A stretch of 64,000 bases of DNA. Source: Synechococcus sp. (GTDB lineage Bacteria > Cyanobacteriota > Cyanobacteriia > Thermostichales > PCC-7336). Under the pieces are notes generated by a model. It was not told where the DNA came from. It did no database searches and was given only the letters and a program-made list of their open reading frames with translations. Of the stretch, positions 1 to 11,450 are shown piece by piece (positions within the stretch are counted from its first letter, which is position 1; each line of letters begins with the position of its first letter). The stretch covers positions 64,001-128,000 of the forward strand of contig JBFRWN010000124.1 of assembly GCA_051439605.1 (NCBI GenBank), given 5' to 3'. Both the position numbers and the translations under genes were made by a program.

Positions 1-1
1 G

Positions 2-325
2 CGCCGCTTAGCGCTCAGAACTGCATTCCAAAGTCGCGCGGAAGACCTAATTGTTGTCGAAGACTTTGCCAGCAACTTGACCCAGCCCAAGACGAAAGAG
101 GTCGTCCAAGCATTGTCCCGCTGGGGAATCGGTGCAGATCAGTCTGTTTTGGTCATTGTTTCTGAGAAGAACGACGCCATTTACCGCTCGGTTCGCAACA
201 TTGCCCGCGTCAAACTCATTACTGCAACTAATCTGAACGTCTACGATTTGCTCAACGTGGATTGGATTGTGGCGACAGTACCCGCACTCGATCGCATCCG
301 GGAGGTTTACAGTGACTCAAAGTAA
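2..325 (+). CDS. rplD: 50S ribosomal protein L4 (5' truncated by window)
   Basis: Open frame from window start with the L4 C-terminal motifs PKTK and SVRNI..LNVYDLL; lies directly upstream of rplW. Confidence 0.95.
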   Translation, partial: RRLALRTAFQSRAEDLIVVEDFASNLTQPKTKEVVQALSRWGIGADQSVLVIVSEKNDAIYRSVRNIARVKLITATNLNVYDLLNVDWIVATVPALDRIREVYSDSK

Positions 326-611
326 GCGCCGCTTAGCAGATGTGCTAATCCGTCCCATCTTGACGGAAAAAGCCACTCGGCTCATGGAAGACAACAAGTA
401 CACCTTTGAGGTGCAGGACACAGCCACCAAGCCTCTCATCCGCTATGCAGTTGAAGAGATGTTTGGTGTGCGCGTCACTGCCGTCAATACCTATACCCCT
501 CCCAACAAAAAGCGTCGCCTTGGCCGCAGTGTAGGCTTTCGAGTTCGCCACAAGCGTGCAGTGGTTACCCTGGCGAGCGGCGATTCTATCGCATTATTCC
601 CCGAAGTTTAA
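312..611 (+). CDS. rplW: 50S ribosomal protein L23
   Basis: [10 protein letters not shown]...NKYTF...KRAVVTL; GTG start at 312 with GGAGG at 301. Confidence 0.95.
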   Translation: MTQSKRRLADVLIRPILTEKATRLMEDNKYTFEVQDTATKPLIRYAVEEMFGVRVTAVNTYTPPNKKRRLGRSVGFRVRHKRAVVTLASGDSIALFPEV

Positions 612-652
612 TTCGGCTCTGACGCACTAGATATCTGGACAGCGAAGCTAAC

Positions 653-1498
653 ATGGCAATTCGTAACTTTAATCCCTATACCCCGAGCATGCGTCAGCAT
701 GCAGCGTCAGACTTCTCGGAGTTGACGACAGATACACCAGAAAAATCTCTGGTTAAGTATGTCCACAACAAGAAGGGACGCAACAATCGCGGTGTAATTA
801 CCAGTCGGCATCGTGGAGGTGGTCACAAGCGCCTCTATCGTATCATCGACTTCAAGCGCGATAAATATGATGTACCTGCCAAGGTCGCAACAATTGAGTA
901 CGACCCTAACCGTAATGCTCGCATCTGCTTGCTGCACTACACCGATGGCGAGAAACGCTACATCCTTCAGCCTAAGTCCTTGAAAGTGGGCGATACCGTC
1001 GTTTCTGGCGCCGAGGCCCCCATCGAGATTGGTAATACCATGCCCTTATCTCGGGTTCCCTTAGGCAGCGCAGTCCATAACGTTGAAATGCATCGCGGCC
1101 GTGGTGGACAGCTTGTCCGTTCTGCTGGGGCGAGCGCTCAGGTTGTGGCTAAGGAAGGTGACTACGTCACTATCAAGCTGCCATCTAGCGAAGTGCGGAT
1201 GGTTCGCAAAGAGTGCTATGCAACTCTGGGTGAAGTAGGTAACGCTGAGTTCAGCAACCAGAATAAAGGTAAAGCTGGTCGTACCCGCTGGAGCGGACGC
1301 CGTCCCCATGTTCGCGGTGTCGCAATGAACGCTTGCGATCACCCCCACGGTGGTGGAGAAGGTAAGGCACCAATTGGTCGTCCCTCTCCTCTTTCTCCAA
1401 CTGGTATCCCTGCTTTGGGCTACAAGACCCGCAAGAAGAAAAAGGCAAGCGGCAAGTTGATTGTTCGCGGCCGCAAGCGCGGTAAATCTACCCGTTAA
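653..1498 (+). CDS. rplB: 50S ribosomal protein L2
   Basis: [30 protein letters not shown] motifs. Confidence 0.99.
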   Translation: MAIRNFNPYTPSMRQHAASDFSELTTDTPEKSLVKYVHNKKGRNNRGVITSRHRGGGHKRLYRIIDFKRDKYDVPAKVATIEYDPNRNARICLLHYTDGEKRYILQPKSLKVGDTVVSGAEAPIEIGNTMPLSRVPLGSAVHNVEMHRGRGGQLVRSAGASAQVVAKEGDYVTIKLPSSEVRMVRKECYATLGEVGNAEFSNQNKGKAGRTRWSGRRPHVRGVAMNACDHPHGGGEGKAPIGRPSPLSPTGIPALGYKTRKKKKASGKLIVRGRKRGKSTR

Positions 1499-1545
1499 TT
1501 CTTGTCATCAGTTTTCACGTTTATCGATTGATTCGGTAGGTCACT

Positions 1546-1824
1546 ATGCCCCGTTCACTCAAGAAAGGTCCCTTTGTCGCCGGTCATCTTCTTAAGAAGA
1601 TCGAAGTAATGAATGCCAGCGGCAGCAAGCAAGTTATCAAGACTTGGTCTCGGGCCTCCACCATCATCCCCCAGATGATTGGCCACACCATTGCAGTCCA
1701 CAACGGCAGGCAGCACGTCCCTGTTTACGTGTCCGAGCAAATGGTGGGCCACAAACTGGGTGAGTTTGCACCGACGCGTACCTACCGCGGTCACGCATCT
1801 GATAAGAAAGCTTCTCGCCGCTGA
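1546..1824 (+). CDS. rpsS: 30S ribosomal protein S19
   Basis: [10 protein letters not shown]...[11 protein letters not shown]. Confidence 0.99.
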   Translation: MPRSLKKGPFVAGHLLKKIEVMNASGSKQVIKTWSRASTIIPQMIGHTIAVHNGRQHVPVYVSEQMVGHKLGEFAPTRTYRGHASDKKASRR

Positions 1825-1835
1825 GGAAGGTATTC

Positions 1836-2189
1836 ATGGCTACTGACACCCTAGAAGTGAAGGCGATCGCACGCACAGTGCGTATGTCTCCCACCAAAGT
1901 GCGCCGCGTCCTGAACCAGATTCGCGGTCGCTCCTACCAAGATGCCCTGATTGTCCTGGAATTCATGCCTTACTCGGCTTGTGAGCCCGTGAAAAAGGTC
2001 TTGCGCTCCGCAGTTGCTAACGCCGAGCACAACGAAGGCCTAGATGCGACTCAGCTGTACGTGAGTACTGCATACGCCGACCAGGGACCTACCCTCAAGC
2101 GTTTTCGTCCTCGTGCTCAAGGACGTGCGTTTTCCATCCAGAAGAAGACCTGCCACATCACTGTCGCAGTCAGTCCGATCGAGTCTTAA
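1836..2189 (+). CDS. rplV: 50S ribosomal protein L22
   Basis: [10 protein letters not shown]...SAVANAEHN...RPRAQGRA. Confidence 0.99.
   Translation: MATDTLEVKAIARTVRMSPTKVRRVLNQIRGRSYQDALIVLEFMPYSACEPVKKVLRSAVANAEHNEGLDATQLYVSTAYADQGPTLKRFRPRAQGRAFSIQKKTCHITVAVSPIES
1863..1870. repeat. HIP1 octamer GCGATCGC (example; many copies across the window)
   Basis: Highly iterated palindrome seen repeatedly, densest by eye at 15-35 kb; characteristic of many cyanobacteria. Confidence 0.9.
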
Positions 2190-2228
2190 CTCATTCAGTT
2201 CCTCCATCGTTAACCAAGCGCACCACCT

Positions 2229-2981
2229 ATGGGCCAGAAGATTCACCCCAACGGCTTCCGTCTCGGAATTACCCGCACTCACCGCAGTCGCTGGTTTGCC
2301 AGCCCCGAGCGTTACCCCCTCTTGCTGCAAGAGGATCGCCAAATCCGCGACTATCTTCGCAAAAACTTAAGCAATGCTGGTCTAGCCAACATCATCATTG
2401 AGCGCAAGGCCGATCAAATCGATCTGGAAGTCCACACCTCTCGCCCTGGGGTTGTTGTTGGACGTGGCGGCTCGGGAATTGAAGCCTTACGCGTGGGTCT
2501 CCTCAAAGAGCTGGCAGATAGCCCTGCTGCTGAAGGGTCTCGCACCGTGCGCATCAACGTTGTCGAGGTGACAAGAGTTGACGCTGAAGCGGCTCTGATT
2601 GCCGAGAGCATTGCTCAGCAGCTCGAACGCCGAGTGTCCTTCCGCCGTGTTGTGCGTCAGGTGATTCAGCGTGCTCAGCGTGCTGGTGTTGAGGGTATCA
2701 AGATTCAAATCGGTGGTCGCCTGAATGGGGCTGAGATTGCTCGCTCAGAGTGGACTCGCGAAGGTCGTATTCCCTTGCATACCCTGAGGGCAAACATTGA
2801 CTACGCCGAGCACAAAGCTAAGACCACATTTGGCATCATCGGCGTGAAAGTTTGGGTTTTCAAGGGAGAAATCTTACCCGGCCAGGAGCTAGAAACCCGT
2901 CCTGCTCCCAGCCAGCAGCCCAAGCGTCGTTCCCAAAGACGCCGTCCAACTTTCGAAGACCGTTCAGCTGCTGAGGGCTAG
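2229..2981 (+). CDS. rpsC: 30S ribosomal protein S3
   Basis: [13 protein letters not shown]...[10 protein letters not shown]...PLHTLRA. Confidence 0.99.
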   Translation: MGQKIHPNGFRLGITRTHRSRWFASPERYPLLLQEDRQIRDYLRKNLSNAGLANIIIERKADQIDLEVHTSRPGVVVGRGGSGIEALRVGLLKELADSPAAEGSRTVRINVVEVTRVDAEAALIAESIAQQLERRVSFRRVVRQVIQRAQRAGVEGIKIQIGGRLNGAEIARSEWTREGRIPLHTLRANIDYAEHKAKTTFGIIGVKVWVFKGEILPGQELETRPAPSQQPKRRSQRRRPTFEDRSAAEG

Positions 2982-3021
2982 CGCCCTACAGGCTCCCCGC
3001 TGATTAAAAGGAACTCATCCG

Positions 3022-3483
<462 letters not shown>

Positions 3484-3485
3484 TT

Positions 3486-3698
3486 ATGCCGATGCCGAAA
3501 ATCGCGGATGCCCGCGCTCTCTCAGATGAAGAGTTAAGCGCTGAAATCCTGTCTGCGAAGAAAGAGTTGTTTGAATTGCGTTTGCAGCGAGCGACTCGTC
3601 AGTTAGAAGCCCCCCATCAGATTAAGCTTGCCAAGCACCGTCTGGCGCAGTTAATGACGGTTGAGGGTGAGCGGTCTAGAGCGAAAGCTGATTCTTGA
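3486..3698 (+). CDS. rpmC: 50S ribosomal protein L29
   Basis: KELFELRLQRAT.QLE.PH; operon position. Confidence 0.97.
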   Translation: MPMPKIADARALSDEELSAEILSAKKELFELRLQRATRQLEAPHQIKLAKHRLAQLMTVEGERSRAKADS

Positions 3699-3718
3699 GC
3701 GAGTAAGGTGCCCTAACA

Positions 3719-3976
3719 ATGTCAGATGTGAAACGTAGAAAAGTTCAAGTTGGCCTGGTGGTCAGCGACAAGATGGACAAGACGGTGGTGGTTGCTGTGG
3801 AAAACCGCATTGCCCACCCTCGGTACGGAAAGATTGTTGTCAAGACCAAGAAATACAAGGCTCACGACGAAAATAACCAGTGCAAGCAGGGCGATCGTGT
3901 GCGCATTGCCGAAACACGACCCCTAAGCAAAACCAAGCGCTGGGAAGTTGCTGAAATCTTAGGTGGGGGAAATTAA
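3719..3976 (+). CDS. rpsQ: 30S ribosomal protein S17
   Basis: [14 protein letters not shown]...[11 protein letters not shown]. Confidence 0.99.
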   Translation: MSDVKRRKVQVGLVVSDKMDKTVVVAVENRIAHPRYGKIVVKTKKYKAHDENNQCKQGDRVRIAETRPLSKTKRWEVAEILGGGN

Positions 3977-3979
3977 GTC

Positions 3980-4348
3980 ATGATTCAGCAAGAAACAATG
4001 CTTAACGTGGCTGATAACACTGGCGCAAGACGTATACAGTGCATCCGCGTCCCCGGGAGTACTGGCCGCCGTTACGCTCGTGTTGGTGATGTGATTGTTG
4101 CAGTTGTTAAAGACGCTGCCCCTAATATGCCCGTAAAAAAATCAGATGTTGTGAAGGCTGTTGTTGTACGGACGGTTAAGTCCATCCGTCGCGAGAACGG
4201 CATGACCATTCGGTTTGATGACAATGCTGCTGTCCTTATCAACCCAGACAACAACCCTCGCGGGACTCGCGTGTTTGGACCTGTGGCTCGCGAGCTGCGG
4301 GAGAAAAACTTCACCAAGATCGTCTCCCTCGCACCGGAGGTTCTGTAG
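3980..4348 (+). CDS. rplN: 50S ribosomal protein L14
   Basis: [15 protein letters not shown]...IVSLAPEVL. Confidence 0.99.
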   Translation: MIQQETMLNVADNTGARRIQCIRVPGSTGRRYARVGDVIVAVVKDAAPNMPVKKSDVVKAVVVRTVKSIRRENGMTIRFDDNAAVLINPDNNPRGTRVFGPVARELREKNFTKIVSLAPEVL

Positions 4349-4350
4349 CA

Positions 4351-4749
4351 ATGGTACGAAAACTCAAACGCAGTCAGATTGCCGCCTTGGTTAAAAAGCC
4401 AGGCATTAATGCTCACCGAAACTCCTTGCGCTACAAAATGCGCATCAAGAAAGGCGACACCGTCCAGGTGATTGCCGGAAATGAAAAAGGAACTGTCGGG
4501 GAAGTTCTGCTGACCCTACCCAGCAAGAACATGGTGATTGTAGAAGGGGTGAATATCGTCACTCGCCACATAAAGCCACAACGTGAGGGCGAGACCGGTC
4601 GGATTGAAACCACCGAAGCTCCCATCCACGTTTCCAATGTGATGGCCTATTCCAATAAGGAAAAGGTGTCTAGCAAGATTGCATACAGCTTTACGCCTGA
4701 AGGTCGTAAGGTTCGTATGCTAAAAGCCACTGGCGAAATTCTCGATTAA
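4351..4749 (+). CDS. rplX: 50S ribosomal protein L24
   Basis: [11 protein letters not shown] (KOW) ...EAPIHVSNV; alternative start at 4438. Confidence 0.96.
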   Translation: MVRKLKRSQIAALVKKPGINAHRNSLRYKMRIKKGDTVQVIAGNEKGTVGEVLLTLPSKNMVIVEGVNIVTRHIKPQREGETGRIETTEAPIHVSNVMAYSNKEKVSSKIAYSFTPEGRKVRMLKATGEILD

Positions 4750-4808
4750 CCCCGTTGGTAGCCATCAGATTGCCGTTGTCAGACCGAATTTTCGATTGAG
4801 ATCCGACC

Positions 4809-5351
4809 ATGCCACAACGTCTCAGAAAAATCTATAACGAGACCCTCGTGCCGCAGCTCATGAAAGAGTTGGGTTATGAGAATGTCCACCAAGTTCCCAA
4901 GCTTGAAAAGATTGTTGTTAACCGCGGTCTGGGGGAAGCCTCTCAGAATGCCAAAGCACTCGAATCTTCTCTCGCTGAAATCAGTGCGATAACCGGTCAA
5001 CGACCCGTTATCACCCGAGCGAAGAAGGCGATTGCGACTTTCAAGATTCGCGAAGGAATGCCGGTTGGTCTAAAGGTTACGCTTCGCCGCGAAAAGATGT
5101 ATGCCTTTCTCGATCGATTCGTCAACGTTGCCCTCCCACGAATCCGCGACTTCCGCGGTGTCAACCCAAAGGGGTTTGACGGTCGTGGAAACTACACCAT
5201 CGGTGTGAAGGAACAGTTGATTTTTCCTGAAATCAGCTACGACAGGGTCGATCAGATTCGCGGCATGGATGTCTCATTCGTGACAACTGCCACCAACGAC
5301 AACGATGGTCGGGCGCTCCTGAAGGCATTTGGTATGCCATTTGCATCCTGA
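4809..5351 (+). CDS. rplE: 50S ribosomal protein L5
   Basis: [12 protein letters not shown]...LPRIRDFRG...FDGRGNY. Confidence 0.99.
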   Translation: MPQRLRKIYNETLVPQLMKELGYENVHQVPKLEKIVVNRGLGEASQNAKALESSLAEISAITGQRPVITRAKKAIATFKIREGMPVGLKVTLRREKMYAFLDRFVNVALPRIRDFRGVNPKGFDGRGNYTIGVKEQLIFPEISYDRVDQIRGMDVSFVTTATNDNDGRALLKAFGMPFAS

Positions 5352-5485
5352 TGCTTTTTCCGTTTCAAACTCTTTTGTTCTTGGTATTTTCGCTGATGGT
5401 TCGACAAGCTGCACGACGAGCAATCGCCCCCCAGGCAACAACTCTGTCCACCCGACTCGCTCTGCAGGTTTAGAGGTAACTGCAC

Positions 5486-5890
5486 ATGGCGCATACAAAC
5501 GACACGATTTCCGACATGCTCACCCGCATTCGCAATGCGAATTTAGCGCGGCATCAATCGGTGAATATTCCCGCAACGAAAATGACTCGCAATATTGCTC
5601 GAGTCCTACGCGAAGAGGGATTCATTGACAGTTTCGAAGAGGCGGATGCCGACAGTCGCAAAAACTTGGTGCTCTCTTTGAAGTACAAAGGCAAGAATCG
5701 CCAACCCATTATCACTAAGATGCAGCGCGTGAGCAGACCGGGCTTGCGTGTTTATAAGAACCGCAAAGAATTGCCTCGCGTTCTAGGTGGAATCGGGATA
5801 GCTATCATCTCGACCTCAAGTGGCATCATGACCGACCGAGATGCCCGCCGCAACGGCATTGGCGGTGAAGTTCTCTGCTACATCTACTAA
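5486..5890 (+). CDS. rpsH: 30S ribosomal protein S8
   Basis: [13 protein letters not shown]...SRPGLRVY...GGEVLCYIY. Confidence 0.99.
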   Translation: MAHTNDTISDMLTRIRNANLARHQSVNIPATKMTRNIARVLREEGFIDSFEEADADSRKNLVLSLKYKGKNRQPIITKMQRVSRPGLRVYKNRKELPRVLGGIGIAIISTSSGIMTDRDARRNGIGGEVLCYIY

Positions 5891-5921
5891 GTCGTCCAAT
5901 CCCTCCATCAGGAGTTCGTAC

Positions 5922-6458
5922 ATGTCCCGTATTGGTAAACAACCTATCCCTATACCTGACAAAGTGACCGTCACCATTGATGGGCTCCATGTTAAGGTCA
6001 AAGGCCCAAAGGGAGAGCTAGAGCGTATCCTGCCTGACAAAGTGACCGTCGTTCAAGAAGGCACTGAGGTTAAGGTCTCTCCAGTTGACGAATCAAGAAT
6101 TGCCCGTCAACGTCACGGCCTTTCCAGAACGCTGGTAGCTAACATGGTTGAAGGGGTCTCTAAAGGGTTCGAAAAGCGTTTAGAGATTCAAGGGGTTGGT
6201 TACCGTGCTCAGGCAAAAGGAACGACTCTGATCCTGAATGTTGGCTACAGTAACCCAGTCGAAATTCCTGCCCCCAGCGGCATTCAGTTGGCTGTTGAAA
6301 ACAATACCAACGTGATCGTTACGGGTATTGATAAAGAGGTTGTAGGAAATGTAGCCGCTACAATCCGCAGCGTGCGTCCCCCTGAGCCCTACAAAGGCAA
6401 AGGAATCCGTTACGCCGGAGAGTACATTCTTCGCAAAGCTGGTAAATCTGGTAAATAA
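5922..6458 (+). CDS. rplF: 50S ribosomal protein L6
   Basis: MSRIGKQPI...[19 protein letters not shown] before ATG 5922. Confidence 0.99.
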   Translation: MSRIGKQPIPIPDKVTVTIDGLHVKVKGPKGELERILPDKVTVVQEGTEVKVSPVDESRIARQRHGLSRTLVANMVEGVSKGFEKRLEIQGVGYRAQAKGTTLILNVGYSNPVEIPAPSGIQLAVENNTNVIVTGIDKEVVGNVAATIRSVRPPEPYKGKGIRYAGEYILRKAGKSGK

Positions 6459-6461
6459 GCC

Positions 6462-6830
6462 ATGAAAGTGAGTCGCAAACAATCTACGCGCAGGCGTCAC
6501 AACCGTATTCGTCGGAAAGTGGTTGGTACTTCCGAGCGTCCCCGTCTGGCTATCTTCCGTTCCAACCAACACATTTATGCTCAAGTGATTGATGACTCTG
6601 CTCATCACACTCTAGCTGCTGCCTCAACCCTTGAGGCTCCGGTTAAGGACGTGGTTGGTGATGCAAACACTGCCAATCAGGCCGCAGCCGCAGTTGTGGG
6701 AAAGTCTGTGGCTGAAAAGGCGATCGCCGCCGGTATCAAGCAGGTAGTTTTCGATCGTGGTGGAAATCTGTACCACGGACGCGTTAAGGCGCTTGCTGAT
6801 GCTGCACGCGATGCCGGATTAGAATTCTAG
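6462..6830 (+). CDS. rplR: 50S ribosomal protein L18
   Basis: [16 protein letters not shown]...[14 protein letters not shown]. Confidence 0.99.
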   Translation: MKVSRKQSTRRRHNRIRRKVVGTSERPRLAIFRSNQHIYAQVIDDSAHHTLAAASTLEAPVKDVVGDANTANQAAAAVVGKSVAEKAIAAGIKQVVFDRGGNLYHGRVKALADAARDAGLEF

Positions 6831-6862
6831 GCTCACTATTGTACTTAAAGGGACGCACTAAC

Positions 6863-7393
6863 ATGGCAGAACGTCGAAGTAAAAGAAAGGGTCGTGATAG
6901 CCGCGAGTCCTCCGAGTGGCAGGAGCGGGTTGTCCAGATTCGTCGTGTAACGAAGGTCGTCAAGGGCGGTAAGTCCCTTAGCTTCCGAGCAGTAGTCGTT
7001 GTCGGTAATGAACAGGGTCAAGTAGGCGTTGGTGTAGGAAAGGCCAACGACGTCATTGGAGCAGTACGCAAAGGCGTTGCTGATGCGAAGAAGAGCTTGA
7101 TTGAAGTTCCCCTGACTAAAAGCCGCTCTTTGCCCCACCGAATCAATGGTGAGGCCGGCGGGGCCAGGGTTCTAGTTATGCCTGCCGCTCCAGGTACCGG
7201 TGTTATTGCTGGTGGTGCTGTGCGTACCGTTCTGGAGTTGGCCGGAGTCAAGAACTCGCTTGCCAAGCAATTGGGGTCTAGCAACCCTCTCAACAACGCT
7301 CGAGCAACTGTCGATGCGCTGAGAAATATGAGAACGTTTGAGGCAGTAGCCGAAGAGCGAGGTATCGAAGTGACTAAACTTTACAGTGCTTAG
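6863..7393 (+). CDS. rpsE: 30S ribosomal protein S5
   Basis: RVTKVVKGG...[12 protein letters not shown]. Confidence 0.99.
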   Translation: MAERRSKRKGRDSRESSEWQERVVQIRRVTKVVKGGKSLSFRAVVVVGNEQGQVGVGVGKANDVIGAVRKGVADAKKSLIEVPLTKSRSLPHRINGEAGGARVLVMPAAPGTGVIAGGAVRTVLELAGVKNSLAKQLGSSNPLNNARATVDALRNMRTFEAVAEERGIEVTKLYSA

Positions 7394-7437
7394 TCAAGTA
7401 TGTCTGCATTTGAACCAACAGCTTTCAGGAAATTACT

Positions 7438-7881
7438 ATGCGTCTGAATGACATTCAGCCTCAAGCAGGGGCAACCCGTCGCAAACGCCGCATATGCCGA
7501 GGCATCTCTGCGGGTCAAGGTGCTACCGGTGGCAAAGGAATGCGTGGCCAAAAGTCTCGTTCCGGAGGAGGAACGCGGCCTGGATTTGAAGGTGGTCAAA
7601 TGCCGTTGTATCGCCGCCTGCCTAAGCTCAAGCATTTCACGGCGATCAATCGGAAGTCTTTCACAATCGTCAACGTTTCCGATCTGGACTCACTCGACGC
7701 TGGTGCAGAAGTAACTCTAGAAAGCCTTCTCAATGGTGGCATCTTGACCACCAGTAATGGTCCTCTCAAGGTTTTAGGTGATGGGGAGTTGAGCAAGAGC
7801 TTGACTGTCAAGGCCAAAGCCGTTACACAACCTGCCCGTACTAAAATTGAGGCTGCTGGCGGTACCGTTGAGTTACTTTAG
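7438..7881 (+). CDS. rplO: 50S ribosomal protein L15
   Basis: [10 protein letters not shown]...[14 protein letters not shown]. Confidence 0.99.
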   Translation: MRLNDIQPQAGATRRKRRICRGISAGQGATGGKGMRGQKSRSGGGTRPGFEGGQMPLYRRLPKLKHFTAINRKSFTIVNVSDLDSLDAGAEVTLESLLNGGILTTSNGPLKVLGDGELSKSLTVKAKAVTQPARTKIEAAGGTVELL

Positions 7882-7953
7882 GTTTCTTAAGCTAGGTTAG
7901 GTAAGTGCAAGAACTAGAAGTACTTAGTTTACATTCATGGGTTCAATTGCATC

Positions 7954-7982
7954 GCAGCAGTTTGTTAAAGCTGCTGTTTTTT
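7954..7982 (+). terminator. Putative intrinsic terminator between rplO and secY
   Basis: CAGCAGTTT/AAGCTGCTG stem with a short loop, followed by six T. Confidence 0.6.
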
Positions 7983-8098
7983 CTTATTGGTCTTGCAAAA
8001 TTTCGTTAATTGGGATCGGAGAGTTAAACTTTACAAGGCTCTCACGATACTGGCGAGCTAAAGTTGGTCCGGATTCGCTGGCAAGGAGATTGCTTTTT

Positions 8099-9400
8099 AT
8101 GGTGGTCAATCGGGGAAGTGCCCCCTCAGCCCAAGAGACATTTGCACAGATGGCCCAAGAGGCGGGGCTACGCGGGAGGGTTTTCCTCACGCTAGGAATC
8201 TTGTTGCTTGTTCGTCTGGGAATTTATATCCCTATCCCAGGAATCGATCGCGCTGCCTTTGCCGAGAGTCTAGCGAACAACGACTTCTTGGGGTTTGTCA
8301 ATATCTTTACCGGGGGCGGAATTTCTGCCCTAGGCGTATTCATGTTGGGAATTTTGCCCTACATTAATGCCTCCATCATCATTCAGCTGTTAACGTCCGC
8401 TGTTCCTGCCTTAGAAAATCTACAAAAGAACGAGGGAGAGGCAGGACGCCGACAAATCACTCAGTACACTCGCTATCTCACCCTGGTGTGGGCCATTATC
8501 CAAGGGATTGGCATTTCAATCTGGGTATTTAATTATGCTGCCCCCGGTTCATCGCAACTTTCATTCACGTTTGAAACTACTTTGGCCCTGACTGCTGGCT
8601 CGATGTTCGTTATGTGGGCCAGCGAGCTGATTACCGAGCGAGGCATTGGCAATGGTGCTTCGTTGATGATTTTCATCAACATTGTTGCAACGTTACCCAA
8701 TGCACTTTCTCAAACGATTAGCTTGGCTCGTGCTGACAGCAGCAATATTGGGGGGATTATTGCATTAGGTTTTACTTTCCTGGCGATGATCGTTGGAATT
8801 GTCTTTGTTCAGGAGGGCACCCGTCGGATTCCAATTATTTCGGCGAAACGACAAGTGGGTCGCCGCCTCTACCGCGAGCAGAAGAACTATCTTCCTCTTC
8901 GCCTTAACCAGGGGGGGGTGATGCCCATCATTTTTGCGTCCGCTGTATTGATCCTGCCTGCTTCGTTGGCCAATTTCAGTCAGAACTTGACCTTGATTCA
9001 GGTGGCCAATTTCTTCTCGCCGACATCTTGGGGCTATATTCCTCTATACCTGGCGATGATTCTGTTCTTCAGCTATTTCTACGCTTCACTGATTCTCAAC
9101 CCCGTTGATTTAGCGCAGAACTTGAAAAAGATGGGTTCTAGCATTCCTGGTATTCGCCCGGGCCGAGCGACCTCCGAATACATCGAACGTGTTTTGAATC
9201 GTTTGACATTTCTAGGCGCGCTCTTCTTGGGGCTAGTAGCTATTGTGCCTACGATTGTTGAGCGCGCTACCGGTATCACGACTTTCCAGGGGCTGGGGGC
9301 AACTTCTTTGCTGATCTTAGTGGGCGTAGCGATTGATACTTCCAAGCAGATTCAGACTTATGTGATTTCTCAACGTTATGAAGGGATGGTAAAAGACTAG
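8099..9400 (+). CDS. secY: Preprotein translocase subunit SecY
   Basis: LGILPYINASIIIQLL, GIGNG.SL, IPGIRPG motifs; multiple TM segments; AAGGAG RBS before ATG 8099. Confidence 0.98.
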   Translation: MVVNRGSAPSAQETFAQMAQEAGLRGRVFLTLGILLLVRLGIYIPIPGIDRAAFAESLANNDFLGFVNIFTGGGISALGVFMLGILPYINASIIIQLLTSAVPALENLQKNEGEAGRRQITQYTRYLTLVWAIIQGIGISIWVFNYAAPGSSQLSFTFETTLALTAGSMFVMWASELITERGIGNGASLMIFINIVATLPNALSQTISLARADSSNIGGIIALGFTFLAMIVGIVFVQEGTRRIPIISAKRQVGRRLYREQKNYLPLRLNQGGVMPIIFASAVLILPASLANFSQNLTLIQVANFFSPTSWGYIPLYLAMILFFSYFYASLILNPVDLAQNLKKMGSSIPGIRPGRATSEYIERVLNRLTFLGALFLGLVAIVPTIVERATGITTFQGLGATSLLILVGVAIDTSKQIQTYVISQRYEGMVKD

Positions 9401-9978
9401 TGGCTCGGATGATATTAGTAGGTCCCCCTGGTTCTGGTAAAGGTACTCAAGGGGAACGTTTACAGACTGAATTGCAGATCCCTAAATTCTCGACCGGCGA
9501 CATATTGCGAGCTGCTGTTCGTGACAGTACTCCGCTGGGGGTAGAAGCAAAGCACTATATGGACAGCGGACAGTTGGTTCCCGACAAAGTTGTGATCGGC
9601 TTAATCGAGGAATGCTTGAAGTCAGCTGATGCCCAGAAGGGCTGGATCTTGGATGGATTTCCGCGCACAATTCCTCAAGCAGAGGCATTGGATGAATTGC
9701 TTGAGAGTGTTGAGCAGAGTTACAACTGCGTCATTTGCTTAGATGTTCCTGACGAGCCAATCGTTCAACGAATGCTGGATCGCGGTCGAGACGATGACAA
9801 AGAGGATGTGATTCGCGAGCGACTAAAGGTTTACCGCGATAAGACGGCACCACTGATTGACTACTACTCGAAAAAGAATGTTTTGGAAACGGTTGACGGG
9901 AACCGTAATCCTGACTCAGTATTTGAGTCTCTGAAGCAGTTACTGTCAACCGAGCATCCTGCCTCTTTATCGCAATAG
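9400..9978 (+). CDS. adk: Adenylate kinase (short LID type)
   Basis: GPPGSGKGTQ P-loop, STGDILR, LDGFPR; GTG start overlaps the secY stop. Confidence 0.98.
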   Translation: MARMILVGPPGSGKGTQGERLQTELQIPKFSTGDILRAAVRDSTPLGVEAKHYMDSGQLVPDKVVIGLIEECLKSADAQKGWILDGFPRTIPQAEALDELLESVEQSYNCVICLDVPDEPIVQRMLDRGRDDDKEDVIRERLKVYRDKTAPLIDYYSKKNVLETVDGNRNPDSVFESLKQLLSTEHPASLSQ

Positions 9979-9995
9979 AGGTAATGCTTCCATTC

Positions 9996-10047
9996 GCTTT
10001 TTATACGCAGAGGGGAAGTTTGACCTTCCCCTCTGCGTATAAAAAGC
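9996..10047. repeat. Perfect 23-bp inverted repeat with 6-nt loop
   Basis: GCTTTTTATACGCAGAGGGGAAG-tttgac-CTTCCCCTCTGCGTATAAAAAGC. Confidence 0.95.
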
Positions 10048-10118
10048 AGCTAATCTTTAAGGTCATTGTACGCATGCCTCACAAATGTTAATGAAGCACA
10101 ACTTCTAGGAGGTCTAGC

Positions 10119-10343
10119 TTGTCCAAACAAGATGTTATTGAGATGGAAGGTACCGTTACCGAATCCCTACCCAATGCAATGTTTCGAGTTGATTTAGATA
10201 ACGGTTTTAACGTCTTAGCCCACATCTCTGGCAAGATTCGCAGAAATTACATCAAAATCCTCCCCGGAGATCGCGTCAAAGTGGAGCTAACCCCCTACGA
10301 TCTCTCAAAAGGTCGGATTACCTACCGTTTACGCAAGAAGTAG
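10119..10343 (+). CDS. infA: Translation initiation factor IF-1
   Basis: [11 protein letters not shown]...LPNAMFRV...[16 protein letters not shown] start, AGGAGG RBS. Confidence 0.99.
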   Translation: MSKQDVIEMEGTVTESLPNAMFRVDLDNGFNVLAHISGKIRRNYIKILPGDRVKVELTPYDLSKGRITYRLRKK

Positions 10344-10647
10344 CAATAGATTGCTCAATGAACTTCATATGGGCTAGGTAATCTTGTTGAGGACTGTCGC
10401 TTTCAGGCATTGCATAGTTTGACAACGTCTTTAAAAGTGCAAAACTGAAGGTGCTTTATACCGGATCGTCCTTGATATTCCTGCCATCCTATCGTTGACT
10501 CACTACTGACTTTAGAACTGACATAGATTATCTTAGAATTGCCTTTTTTTCTCTCCTTTTTGGAGAAAATTTTATTACTTTGCCCCTGTATCTATCCAGT
10601 TTGGCTCAATACCATTAGAGCAACAACTGAAAGTGGATTGTTTGGGA

Positions 10648-11355
10648 ATGAGAGCCCCATTATTTTTTCAGGCAGTGGCGATTGGATTTGCGATCGCAGC
10701 GCCGGTTGGTCCAATTGGATTGCTGTGTATTCAACGCACGCTGATTAAGGGCTACGCTGTTGGACTGTTAACTGGCTTAGGTGCGGCTACGGCTGATGCC
10801 ATGTACGGCACTGTCGGTGCTTTTGGTCTGAGTGCCGCAACTCAATGGCTGGTGGATAGCCAGGTGATACTCAGATTGTTTGGGGGCTTATTCCTGATTC
10901 TCTTAGGACTGAAAGGGATTTTCCTGCGAAGTTCTAGGTCTCACTCCTTTGACAAATCACCCTCTCCAGAGTCCAACTATGAGGGGTCGAACATTACAAA
11001 GCCTGCAGTACCTGAATTGAGGCAATGGGTTTCTCAGCAGAACCTCCTAGGAGCATATTTATCAACCTTTGTGTTAACCCTGTCCAACCCGCTGACAATC
11101 CTCTCGTTTGTGGCCTTGTTTGCCAGCGTGGGCTTAGAGGAGCCCAGTCAAAATGTCTTGACCGCATCTGTGTTTGTGGGGGGGGTATTTTTGGGCTCGG
11201 CAATCTGGTGGTTCTTTCTGTCCGCCTGTGTGGCGGTGTTTCGGGTCAGGCTATCACTTCCGCTGCTACGGGGGGTAGATGTCTGTTCTGGAATTGCGAT
11301 CGCCAGCTTCGGACTCTTGGCTATTGTTTCTGGAATTAATGCGATCGTATCTTGA
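10648..11355 (+). CDS. LysE/RhtB family translocator
   Basis: IAAPVGPIGLLCIQRTL, GLGAATADA, LTLSNP.TILSF motifs. Confidence 0.9.
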   Translation: MRAPLFFQAVAIGFAIAAPVGPIGLLCIQRTLIKGYAVGLLTGLGAATADAMYGTVGAFGLSAATQWLVDSQVILRLFGGLFLILLGLKGIFLRSSRSHSFDKSPSPESNYEGSNITKPAVPELRQWVSQQNLLGAYLSTFVLTLSNPLTILSFVALFASVGLEEPSQNVLTASVFVGGVFLGSAIWWFFLSACVAVFRVRLSLPLLRGVDVCSGIAIASFGLLAIVSGINAIVS

Positions 11356-11450
11356 TGCGATTGTCTATGTAGTTGCTTCAAGAATTGTTATGTGTCGTCG
11401 TAGGCTACTGCGCTAGCCTGAAAGATGCCGCATTTTTTCTCCTTGCAGTC

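Noticed and set aside
4351..4437. Basic N-terminal extension on L24
   Set aside because: Variable extensions are common on cyanobacterial L24, and the start codon is ambiguous
5329..5628. ORF spanning the rplE-rpsH spacer as a possible rpsN
   Set aside because: No S14 motifs; rpsN is normally elsewhere in cyanobacteria
5955..6050. Exact 18-nt repeat CCTGACAAAGTGACCGTC twice within rplF
   Set aside because: Both copies encode PDKVTV in frame; explained by protein-level similarity and codon bias
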